Positions 38,208 through 51,278 of a stretch of 64,000 nt of DNA are shown here, one piece after another. A program made the position numbers and the translations under genes. This stretch comes from Chrysomallon squamiferum. Taxonomy: Eukaryota > Animalia > Mollusca. The DNA is taken from the NCBI GenBank assembly GCA_012295275.1, contig CM022679.1, positions 1,860,001 to 1,924,000 on the forward strand, in the 5' to 3' direction. How positions within the stretch are numbered: the first letter of the stretch is position 1; each line of letters begins with the position of its first letter. Under the pieces are notes generated by a model. It saw nothing but the letters and a program-made list of their open reading frames with translations, ran no database searches and had not been told where the DNA came from.

Positions 38208-40194
38208 CTCCCTATCTCACGCACACACATACACAATAAAAACGGTTTTCTGTTAAATAATTAAAATTGTTTGAACCAATTTACTATATATATATATATT
38301 TATATATATATCTTCGTTTTGTATTGGTAGATAAAGAAAACTTGATAGTTCATTTAAATTTTTCTTACTGAATTTATTAATAAAATAATAATTAGGAGAA
38401 TTAATCTTGTATAACCTTAAGAAAACTTGTCCTGTGATGATTTTCTAACTGTTTAATAGCAAGTTATATCTTTTGCATTATTATCTCGAAAATCATATTC
38501 CTGTCCCGACTTCTGTAAGTTAAAAAGTTTCTTCAATTCATTGATACATTTAATCATTAATGTTGGCAGACAGGTCAGTTTTACACTAACATGAACACAT
38601 CTGAATTGCCAGACCAAGATTTCGTGCTCGAATCGAGGTGAAAATAATCAGAAAAAAAGTAATTATGTTCGTGGTGCCTAACATCTTGAGAATTGTTTAC
38701 ATTACACCGATCTTGCTACTTTAAGTGAAGATTTCTGACAGCGGATATTAAGAAGTGATATACAGTCCTCCATGTGGCTTCCACTCGTTTGATACAGGAT
38801 CTGTGCAGTACTCCAGACACGAGTCCATCAGAAAATGGGCGTCATCTTTGTGGTGTTCATAAAACTGTAGATTAATCAGTTTAATGATATACAGAAAATA
38901 AATAAATAAATAATATTTATCGGGAAAATTTAAGCGGGATTGAGCGCTAATTCTTCTGTTGAGGATTAAAGTTGACGATATCTCATGAAGGTTTACGTTT
39001 TTTTTATTTTTTTATGTAGATCACGAGATGTATCAGACACTCACCTGTGACCTGTTTTATCTACAGTTTCTGGCAGGTGTTAGTCCAAAACTATCACAAC
39101 TGATAATAATAACAGATTAGTTACCAAATTAAAATATGTCAGTTTTGTAACTTTAAAAAAAAAAAAAAAAAAAAAATCCTTATTTTTCTTCTTCTTCGTC
39201 TTTTTTTTTTTTTTTTTTTTTTTTACATATTACTGTGATACAGATATATAAATAATTCTGATGATTCTTCTCTGTACCATAATGTCAATATTTTATTTAA
39301 TCATGTCCATGGGAAAATGTTACACTCAATTTCAGCTCATGATTTCCCCAGCTACGTTCAAGGTCTTTAACCACCCCACATCCGGTCATTTATTGTCCAT
39401 GAAAAATTATTTATTTGGAGGAGCAGTTCCATCTTATCGTTTCCTCACCATTATGATAATGTCGTATCTACGAAACAGAATAATCAGATGTTTTCCCACT
39501 GCGATGTTCTGCAACATTCAAAGCTGAATATTTAGTTGTATTAGAATTGGGGGGTCAGTTTATGTATCTGTAAGTAAGTATTAGCTGTTACTTTTCATAT
39601 AATATATGTTTCTTTCAAGTTTTAATAAATTTAATGGTGTTTGTATAAAACGTATTTGTATTGTTAAAAGAGTACATATAAAATACTGTTATTTGTAGTA
39701 GTAGTAGTAGTATTCTTTCTATAAACAAACGATGTTTTTTCTTTTCTTTTACTGATTTTAAATTTATTACAAAACTATTCTCTGACATAATTTTTTATTA
39801 ATTTATTAATAGTAGCAATAGTAGTTAGTACTTGGTCATCTCCAAACAATTTTGTGGGGGGAAAAAAGAGAAAAAGATGTGTCTAAACGCTATCACTGAC
39901 CATCAGTAAAAGATCATACCCTGTATCTGTATTTTATATAGTATTTTTAATCTTATCTTCTTGTTATTTCGATATGACAAAACAAAATATAATTTCACCA
40001 TATTTATTTACTGTAAAGATCGATTTTATGCATTTCCTGTCTACTGAATTACCGTAAAAACTCGCGTCTGATGTAACATACATAATATTCATAAGAGTTA
40101 CGTTTTTTATCGGTAAAACCAGTCTATTCGTATTTTTGTAACTAAACGTTTAGTAGCCTGGGGGAGACATTACCTTTAATTAAAAACAAAACAA

Positions 40195-40700
40195 TCACTG
40201 GATTAGATTTCCAATCAAGGAAATGTAATTTTGATAAATATTCTTATATTTTCTTAGTTTCCATGTGCACAGTAACTCTGGCGGATATAATATACAGGAC
40301 ATTGTCCTGTATTATGTGCACAGTAACTCTGGCGGATATAATATACAGGAAGTTAATTAAACTGAGAGATGTCCTGTATTATGTAAAAACAAATATAACA
40401 ATCAATTAAACTGGATTAGATTTCCAATCAAGGAAATGTAATTTTGATAAATATTCTTATATTTTCTTATAATTTCCATGTGCACAGTAACTCTGGCGGA
40501 TATAATATACAGGAAGTTAATTAAACTGGATATAATATATATAATATACAGGAAGTTAATTAAACTGAGAGATTTCCTGTATTACGTGCATAACTATATA
40601 ATATACAGGAAGTTAATTAAACTGTTTCCTGTATTACGTGCACAGTAACTTATATAATATACAGGAGTTAATTAAGTGCACAGTAACTTATCTGAGTGAA
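40195..40700. repeat. Complex nested tandem repeat with internal inverted repeats
   Basis: ~100-bp block duplicated at ~40197 and ~40410; tgtgcacagtaact and ataatatacaggaagttaattaaactg recur; tacagga/tcctgta inverted pairs. Confidence 0.8.
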
Positions 40701-43700
40701 ATTGTGACGTACTAACAATTATTTTAATTAATTTAATAAAGGTGCGCGTGCTTCTCCAATTGTGTGTGCGTACGTAATGAACCAAATAAACTCTTTTTAA
40801 TCAACACTGAATTATTAATATCCATCCAGCATAATTTCAATAGAAATAATTATATAGTGTAGCCTGTGATTACCAGAAACAAAAGGGTGGGGAATGAAAG
40901 AGAAAAATTAAAATACGTTATTTATTTATTTATTTCAGTTATAAATCTGGAAATGTCATATTTTACTATAGATTTCATTTTATTGTAGATTTATGTTTAT
41001 TTTATTTTATTTTATTTTATTTTATTTTATTTACTTTTTCATTGTTGTTATTTTATTTATTTTATTTTATTTTTGGTTTTACTATTATTTTTATGAAACT
41101 ATTTTCTTTTAATATTCTTTCTTTTTATCTCTATCTTTTTTCTCTCTTTTTTTCTTTTAAATTTCTAAAAAAAAAAAAAAAAAAAAAAAAATAGAATAGT
41201 ATATTTTTTCTGTTTTGATTACCTTTAAAACAAAAGAAAAAAGAAAGAAAATTTTAAGTTTGGTGTAGTCATGGTTACTTGTGAGAAACACGTGGAAGAT
41301 GTTGGCATTTGATGTCCTTGGGTGACCTTGCTAGATGTGAAAACACCGTCGGTGCTTCTCTTTTACCAAGAATACACTCAATGTGGCCAAATCCTTCTAT
41401 TCCTGTAGCCCGCTCACGTAATTAGAGAGCGCCATGCAGGTGCCTCCATTTTCACTTCAGAGATGGATGCTACTTTCACCTGCTTTGAATTAAGACGCAT
41501 TTGTTTTCTTTTTATGCATTTTGGAATTCCTGTAACGATCTGTTTTAGAGATAGTTAACAAAAAAGTAAATATAATAATTGAAAACCTATCTGCACTCAG
41601 CGTTTCCATCAATCACCATCTTTCTGTCAGTCTTGTAGGTTCAAACATGAAAAAGCAGTCATTTTGCGTTGTACTACAGATACGTAATAAATTTTAAATA
41701 TTTAACAAAAGGTCTGAATATATATAATGTGCATAGCAGAAGGATCCAGTTAAGCGCATACAGTCACTGTAGCGTATACACTATACAGATTTCAAAATAG
41801 AATAGTGAAAACGAACATATCTGTTGTATAGGTCAGTTCGTTACATCCATTAAGATCGAATTTCCAAAATCTCGCCAGCAGATTGAAATAACTGACAGTT
41901 ACACAAGTAATTTAGTCTTTCTAATTCTGTCTCTCTTTCTTACTTTATTTATATCTTTTTTTTCTTATTCTGTTTTCTTTCTTTTCTTTTCTTTTTTTTT
42001 TCACTTTCACCGTTTTTTAACAAGCCAAAATTTTATTATCCTTATATAACTTTTTACGTAGTGGTCGCTAACCGATTTTCAAAGAAAAAGGTAGAGTTGA
42101 AGATTGTAAGTCTGGTCAGATATACGACGAGGCAAAAGATCACTTTTAAAGACGTTTTTATACATGTTATCCAGATTATAGAAAATTGGTGATTATCTGT
42201 AACAGCAACACATGGTTTTACTCTAACAGTGCTTGTCTTTATTACACGCCTTGCGTATGTGTGTGCGTGCGTGTGTGTGGATGTGTTTGTGAGGAAGATC
42301 TTAATGATATTAATGTATACTGTGGTATCTGTAAACAAAAACACTCACCAAAAAACAATCATCTATTTAATTATTTTAAAATACATTTCCGTCAGCTCAC
42401 AACCTTCTGTCACCCTTGATCTCTCTTCTTTTCATTTAGTTTACTACATACAAAGAATTTAATTAAAGCAGTTCATGAAATAAAATACTTCTCAATGAAC
42501 AGAGAGCTGAGAATAATGTAACGAGGATTTTAACACGTTAGCTGTTAAAGTCATCTCTTCTCTCTTGGTAAAACACCGCAGCATGCTGGGTAGAACACAA
42601 CATTTCTTGTTTTAAAAGTGCAGCAAAGCAGCTAATATTTTGCTCCACAAAGTTATTTCTTTGTTTAAAATGTTATCATTCTCTAGAAGCGTCTTGTATC
42701 ATGCAGGATACTCATAAATATGCATAAAAGTAAAAATAAAAATATAAATATGTATAATAAACAATGATTTGAAATCGGTTTGTCTCCTCTTCAAATAATC
42801 AGTTTCTTTTTAATATAAAATATATTATTAGATTTTGTTTATTAACTTAAGTCTTTTAGTAGATATCATGTTTTAGCAGGCTAGAATTAACACTATTTTT
42901 TTTTATTATTATTTTTTTTTTTTTTCAATTTATTTCTAAACAAACGCTTTTCAAAACGGTATTTAACTTCATGCAATTGTGAGTTATTTTGACATTTTTA
43001 ATTAAAATCAACGTGTGTGTGTGTTCTTGCCATTATATTTGCGTATTCCAATTTTTCTAAATTTATTTACGTACAACCAAATTATATATTTTATAATGAT
43101 GAAAACTGTTTTGCAGGGTTTTGGGGTTTTTGTGGGTTTTTTTTTATTTTCTTCTTCTTCTTTTTTCTTCATTTTTTCTTTTAACTTAAAGTATTTAAAT
43201 TTTATTGGTGTGGCCATAAAATAAATGACTCATTGGCAGTTGCGGGCTGCCTTAGACAGCGCTGTGCAGTAAAATATTATTCCATCTGCGAGAACTGAGA
43301 GAAAAAATTAAATATCTTGTCTGACGAAGATGAACATCTTTTAACATTTCACTGGGCGCCAAAAAATGTGTAACAGAAAGAACAGCAAAATATTTACACC
43401 CACCTCCTGTAGACTCCGAAACAGCGGTAGACAATACAGACATAGCTTTGTAGATATCCTGTACCTAATCTGTGTAACCAGATACAAATGTTCAGCTTTC
43501 ATTAGTTATATTTTGAATAATATAATGTTTAAAATCACACACACATAAACCCCTATTACACACACACACGCACACTTTTTATGAGGGTGTAGACAAGATA
43601 TATAATACTTATATGATTACAATAATTTCTATCCTCACTTTCTTTTATGTTGTCTTTATTGTCTAATCCTTTATAAAATTTCAAATAAATAAAATAAAAT

Positions 43701-46700
43701 AAAATAAAATGAAAATCGTTATAATGTTTATATACATATTTTTTAATCTTTTCAATCATTGAAAATATATTTCTTTGTGTTGTTGAATTTCTTGTTTTCA
43801 ATATATATTAAATATTTCATGACAAAGCAGGTAATTGTAACTTTGTGTAAAATAATTAACTTGCTTTCATAGAGTCTCGATGTACTACATTCAGCCTTTT
43901 CAATTTATTTGCGATATAAAATTAAACAAAAAATATTTTACATTAACACATACCAGCAAAATAAAAATGAAAAATATATACAGGATAAGTTATATGTGGC
44001 ATGGCTGAACTTGTATTAATCAAAATTTAGTTTTTTAACATCTTATTTCAACATTGTAGGTCAACACAGATTTTAATCTCACATAACCATTATCAAAATA
44101 TCATCATCATCAACTTGCTCGGTACACATATCTGCAAGGTTGAAGTCTGACCCCGATTTTAAAAAGTGCAAGTGTTCATCCACGAATTAGTGTATACCAA
44201 ATGTCAAGTGACGTAGAGAAATACCCAGAATTCTTCTGAAGTATACAGACGTTCTGGCAAGCTTCTGTTTTATCAGGTGTACCCAATAGAAATAGTCCAT
44301 TATCTCATCTGCAGTTGCGATTTCTTTCAAGAAAATTAATCTTTCTTAGTACGATATCTCTAAGATAAAAAAAAAAAAAAAAAAAAATATGTTATATATA
44401 TATATTTACACCTCAACAAGTTAAATAAATATTATTTCAACTCTCTTTCTTCATCATGATTTCATACAGTGAACATGCACGCTTGCTTTGGTTTTAGATG
44501 TAAGCTTATCGAATTATAGCTTAGGACCTCAAAGTCCAAAAGGATCGAGTTTAAATGTTACTCTTATCTTCAACTCTCTTAACATTTGCGGGGGAAAAAA
44601 CTACGTGGTTTTAAGCATGTGTATTAGCTTTATCATTGAACATACACCGAGAACGATAGAAATAGCTGTTTTACTATAAATACAGTTTGAAACACAAGTG
44701 GTTCTATTTTCAAACGATTTCAAGTTTTGCATGTAGATTAAATATAAAACCAAACATTTATCTGCATGTATTTAAATGAAACATGAAAAGCACTTTCATT
44801 CAACATCTTAGAAAACAGTTAACCTTTTCAAAAATGTTATTTGACGCACAACTTGTTTCAAGATAAATATTTAATGAAACTGAGTGTTAAGATTAATCTT
44901 TAATTGTTTCATTTTTCTGAACACAGTGCAGTGATTGTGTTGTACATCAAATGAAACAAGAGGACACTGTACAAGTGGCAACAATAAATTGCAGAACTGA
45001 CATTCACAAAGGTGAAACAACTATATGATGCTTGTTTCACACACACAGATATGTGCTATTTCTGAAACACAGAAAGGTTAAGAAACATGTGCTAATCAAA
45101 CAGGTATAGCTTGATATTTACCTTTCATGAAGAAAGTTTGTAATACATATCCAGACATCCATGTTTGTACATCACTGAGAAAAGTAAATACAGAAATAAC
45201 CCTTTGTTCTTCTTCCTCTTGTTTGCCTCGACATCTTCTTAGAACATTGTTAATTCTGTTATTAGTTCATAGCCTCCAATTTACAGTATAATTAGTCAGC
45301 ACAGTTTCTTTTTCTTCTTCTTCTTATTAAAAGTTCAACTCCAAGCACAAATACATGCTCTTAATGTTATTTGTTAATGTCAAATTTTATTATCTTAGGC
45401 AGAGATGAAGTGGTTGTATAATATATGTAGACAATCACGTCCTTGGATTTAATCTAAATAATTTTATCTTGCAGTACATTTTTTGTTTCTAGTTCTGGGT
45501 ATTTTATTACTTGTAAAGCTGCAAATAACTGTATTCAGGTTTCACTGACACCTAATGTTTTATTGTAATCAGTAACACACACGCACTAGAGCCAAAAAAC
45601 ACAACAAATTATAATAAATAAGTAAATGAAATATAAAAGAAAATTTAAAATTAATAATACTAAATCCTTAAAAACCAAATGATTAACCATTCCTCTCATG
45701 TTTAATTTTGCAGTTAAAACAGAAACCTTTGCGTGACAGTAAATATAGTGTCAGTAATACACCCATAGTATGTGCTACCTTCTTCACCTTCTGCTAGGAA
45801 AACACTTGTATCTGGTAATTTTAAATAACATAACTGTATATTAGTACTGTGTTTACATAACAACTGCAGTATTCTGTGTGTGTGTATGTTAGAATTGATG
45901 GTCAATTAATCATACTTAACAATTAGTAAATTGACAGTGACAGCAAAGAAATCATGGAATTGTGTCTTGACTGCAACATATGAAGATACAGAGTATTCCT
46001 TAAACACAAAAATTAATTTGTCTTACATTTTCTCAAAATCTTTAGTTGTTAGTTGTAAGAAAAATAGCTACATTTTGCAGAAATACAAAAAACTAACAAA
46101 AATACTATCTGAATATATAATTAAAATATGTTTCAGACACTGAACTCACCAATACAAAATATTTTCCTGATCCCCTTGTAAAACTTGGTAAATAAAAATC
46201 TTCAACAAATATCAGAATAAAATTCTACAACATTAATTAATATACAGCATTTAAGAAAAATAATAATAATAATAATAATGTACTTATTTTTATAATGACA
46301 GCAAACTTAAATTAGTAATCATGAGTGAAATTGCTATCTTTATTTTACATCTATCACAATTTACTAAGAAACAAAACTATGCAATGAAAACATAATAATA
46401 AATAAATAGTTTTGCATGTTTTATTCAGTATGACACTTTTGCTTCAGGATTTATTTATAATTTAATATCATCACACAGACTCCATATCAGGCATGAAAAA
46501 AAAACAAAAAAACAAATCATCTTCCCAGGCAGTCAGTTTCATCGGAATAGTGGTGTTATCATTTTTACAAAGACACACCATCAACAAATACCAGATTTTC
46601 TTTCCCTTTAGAAATATGAACAAAGATATGACAATGAAATATGGAATGGGATTTGGTGTATGCAGGTGGTGCTTCTGTCAAGTATAAAAGATACTACAAG

Positions 46701-46936
46701 CAACAACAACACTAATGATTCATGTTTGTGTTTGATGTCCATGATGAAGAATAAGTCACAAAGCAGCAGGCTTCTTTTCAATTTACAAAATAAAACTGAC
46801 AATTTCAGTGAAGACAAATGTTGCAATGAGATGTGACAATAAACAGTACAAAAGATGACAAATGTCTGAACACTAATGGTTTTCACTGTTAAGTGGTTTG
46901 ATTTCTGAGATAATTTTTGGTCTACATGTTGTTACA

Positions 46937-47076
46937 TTACTCAAGTCCGATCAACTTGTTAACACTGGGGTACTTCCAGTCATCCTCTGATACTGTCTTC
47001 ACCAACTGACGAAGACGACGTAGGCGCTGTTCATGTAGTTCTGAAAACAACAAAGTTAACTTTGTGGTAAATTCTA

Positions 47077-47118
<42 letters not shown>

Positions 47119-48804
47119 CATTACTTTTGTAATGTGGTCTACCATAATTGAAAAATTTAAACATTCTAATTTGTTAACTGATGAAAAATAAAATTACTTT
47201 CAGCAGTAAAGAATGTATATGACTATAACATTATAGTACCTGTATTAAAATGTTCACAGTTATTTGACTTTGAATGTTGTCCTCAAAACTCACTCATAAA
47301 ATAAAATAAAGAAATGAACTAACAAAATAGATATAAGAAGCTTTGATGACAACTTATCCAGAAGTCATAGCATGTTAACTTATTTTATAATACATTTCTA
47401 AACACACTTACTTTATTTTTTTAAATTATTGTTGGCAGTGATAAAAATATTCATGAAAAACACTGGTATTAAAAATCAGAAGACAATATGTAAAATGTTC
47501 AATTCCTAATCTAAGGGGAGATAATTTCAAGCAGTACAATTATTCCAAATGTCATATTAAAGAATTTTTTAATGGATTAATTTAGTTTAATACAACATTA
47601 TTTAGGCTTTTTGCCTGACATTCAGATTTTATGGTAATTTATTGCTATTATTTATTTTAGGTAACTCTACATGCAAAATAAATTAATTTGCAATGTAAAC
47701 AGGATTAAAATGATTGTATTTCTACCATCATCAAATTTTATCTGTCTTGTCTAACTACTATTACTGATAAATTATTATAAATAAAATTAATACAATTTAT
47801 TTTTGAAACTGTAAACAAAAACTGTATAAGTAATTATATTCATAATTCAAATTAAATGATACTGTCATAAAAGGTGTAATCAAACAACAATAAATGAAAA
47901 TATTAGCTGGTAACTGACTACATTTTGATCAGTTCAGGTCTTGTAGAACTCTATGTTAAATAAAATAAAGTGGATAATGACACTGGGGTCAATAACTAGA
48001 AAACAACCAGTACAACAGTGTAATAAAAAGGAAACTGCTATTGCTAATTATGGACATACATTACGAGTATGATTAATGGGTGTTCCATACATTTATAATA
48101 AAGCAGACATGATAAAACAGTTTATACAACAGGCATCCGAATACAGCTTTACTGGTGAGACTATTAAAAACACTGATTACTCCATCACTGTTCACAATTA
48201 ACAACAACAAAAATTACCTTTTCGAAGATTATTAAGTTTAGCGTGTGTGTCCTGCTCCATCTGCAGTGTGCTCATCAATGCTTCAGCTGAAGTGGAATCT
48301 GTTGTTTGATTTTCTTTTTTTTTAAATAAAGAAAGAAGAAAGAAAAATATATGACAAATATCACTGTACTTTAAATACTATCGTTCAAAAGTCACATGTA
48401 AATAAGTAAAATAAATAAATAAAAGTTAAATTTATATAACAGATCAACTCATAAACGTACGTTTCACTGTTTGTTTTTCGGGGTTTTGGGTGTGTTTTTT
48501 CACACATGGTATGACATACCTTAGAATAATTTTCTTACAGACCTCTTTTTTTCTTCTTCTTTTTTTTTTTCTCCACGACTGATAACGGATTAATAAATTA
48601 AATAATAGAAATATTTCAGTACAACTGGAGACAGAAAATTCTACAACCGAACGCGAACATCGGAACAGAAATCAAAACAAACTTCATAAGCATACCAATT
48701 CCACTCACTCCTCGAGCGTTATCTTGAAAACTCGGAGACTGAAAAAGTGTCTTTTTAACATTTGTCAGATTGGACTCCCAAGCTGGATTTGCTAATCTAG
48801 CCAT
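46937..48804 (-). CDS. ANAPC16: Anaphase-promoting complex subunit 16-like small protein (~97 aa); exons 48696-48804, 48218-48298 (or 48313), 46937-47040
   Basis: Phase-consistent splicing gives MARLANPAWESNLTNVKKTLFQSPSFQDNARGVSGID STSAEALMSTLQMEQDTHAKLNNLRKE LHEQRLRRLRQLVKTVSEDDWKYPSVNKLIG LE; the K.LF..P motif and the C-terminal H.Q...R...LV.....D.W.(Y/F).....L.G pattern resemble APC16 as recalled, not database-checked. Confidence 0.7.
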
Positions 48805-49054
48805 TGTGGTAATCAATCAAAAAATTCCGATAAATTATTTGCAGTTTCCTCACGTACTTTCATTCTCCGTTGTTTTAGTTAATTCCGTCCTATTCTTTAG
48901 AGCACCGCATTTCCAATAACAAAATTGTTACATGTTACAAACATTCCCTCCTCTGTACACTAAGTTTTGGCAATTAATATATCATTCTAAAATTTTAATC
49001 AAATATACTAATGTATTTGAATATCTGCGTTGTTCTTAATTGTTTTATTTCCAT

Positions 49055-49114
<60 letters not shown>

Positions 49115-49159
49115 TTCTATATACGTATGTGTATGTGTGTTTTATTTATTTATTTATTT

Positions 49160-49226
<67 letters not shown>

Positions 49227-49277
49227 TGATTTACTATTAACAACGTGTTGGTGCGCGTTAGTGATCAATAATCATTG

Positions 49278-49312
<35 letters not shown>

Positions 49313-50093
49313 TTTTGCACGTGCTAGGGATAAGATCCGGCTTTCTCTATTCTTAAACCAGAAGTCAAAAGGTGGTGGCAGTGTTCACACCTTTTTAAAA
49401 ATTCTTCATTTCTCTTTAAATTACATTTGATGATGAGGTAAGTCAGTTTAAGAAAACAAAATATAATTTTATTTATAAGATATTTTGATCTGTTAAATTA
49501 ATTTGTTATTAATAACTAATTCTGTTTAAAGTTCACGAAAATGTTTTGACAGAAGTGTCAAATTGATCATCCAAATAGTGCCTTTTAAAACATTATTTGC
49601 GTGTTTTCTTTTATTATATTTATTATTATTATTTTTTTTTTAATGCATTTGAATACGGGAAGAAATTAATTTTGTGCAAATATGTTACATATTACAATAA
49701 AAAAATTATTTACAATTTTTGATTATAATGATATACATTTCAAAATATTAGCATTTATTTAGCATGAGTTCACTGTAAATTAATAAAATTAAAAATAAGA
49801 AATTTTAATATATATATATATATATATATATCTACACACACACACACACAGAGTAAGGAAAAAACAACTTATTACATTCAAAAGTATATGTATCTGCATC
49901 ATTTTTATGTTACAAGGACATAAATCTTCTAAGAATCAAATTATTAACACAGAAGCTGTTTGTAATTAATCATTGCCACAAAACGTGTATTGAATTTAGT
50001 AATGTATAAAGGAAATGTTTTTACAAATCTTAGTTGACATATTTGAAATCTGTAAATGTAGCCTACCTTAAAACTAGCATTTTATTACATTTA

Positions 50094-50142
<49 letters not shown>

Positions 50143-50229
50143 ATCTATTCAGCATTTATTTGTATTATTTTATTGCATTCTTGATATTTCAGTATATGAA
50201 GTTGAAACAGTATCCAAGTTGGTGTCAAA

Positions 50230-51227
50230 ATGGAAATGAGAATCATATTCATTTTATGTTTATTCCTGTCACCTGGATTAGTTGAACTGGTCACTGCAGT
50301 AGTCGAGGGATCAGGAGAAATGATATCTACCTCGCCTCGATTTTCATTTAGTGAGACTTTAGTACTCCAGACATAACTTTATGACAAACTATTGATTATT
50401 TTATTACTTCAGTAATTGAACTTCTGTTTTAAATAAAAATAAAAAATGAAAAAAGAAGAAAAAAATAAAAACAGGATTAAAGTTTTGTTTTTATTTTGTA
50501 TTTGTCAGTGAATATCAAAAATTATTTTTAATTTATTTTATTGTCATTATTATTTAAATTTAATTTAAAGAACACGATATATAGTGAATGTAATTAAAAG
50601 AAAAAATTTAATTGGAATGTTGTGTAATACAAAAATACAATGAAAAAAGCTTTCTTTAAAAAAGATATATTATTAGAATGTAATATTATCACTGATAATA
50701 ATTTTCTTCTTAAACTTTTTTGAAAATGGAGTATGGTGGAAGAAAAGTCATGTATTCCATTTAGGTTTCTCCTTTTGCTCTGCCTCTGAGAATGTGTGAT
50801 TACTTTCATCTAAGCCTTGTATAACATTACATAAACCATGAGACCTCATAATACAAAATTTTGAAATACTGAAATATAAATTTTCACCAGTAATTAAGCT
50901 TTTCTGTGCAATTGTTGTTTAAGAGCTGTTTAATTCAGTTGTTAATCATCTGTGTTTCAGTGGAGTTTTCTTATTGCAGATCAATTATTTTTCACTGAAA
51001 TACCATCTACTGAATCTGCAACATTGCAGACTTTGTGTCCAAGTATTTCCCAGTGTTATAACCTGTACAGTTCCAACAAATCAGTCTCATCACTGGATGT
51101 GAAGAATACAACAGTAATGTCTCAGTTGATACTGGACATGTGTAGGTAAGTCTTTACAGGCTGGTGTGTTTTTACTTACATTATAATCAATCCAACATTT
51201 GTTCTGTCTCTCGTAATTATATTTAAA

Positions 51228-51278
<51 letters not shown>

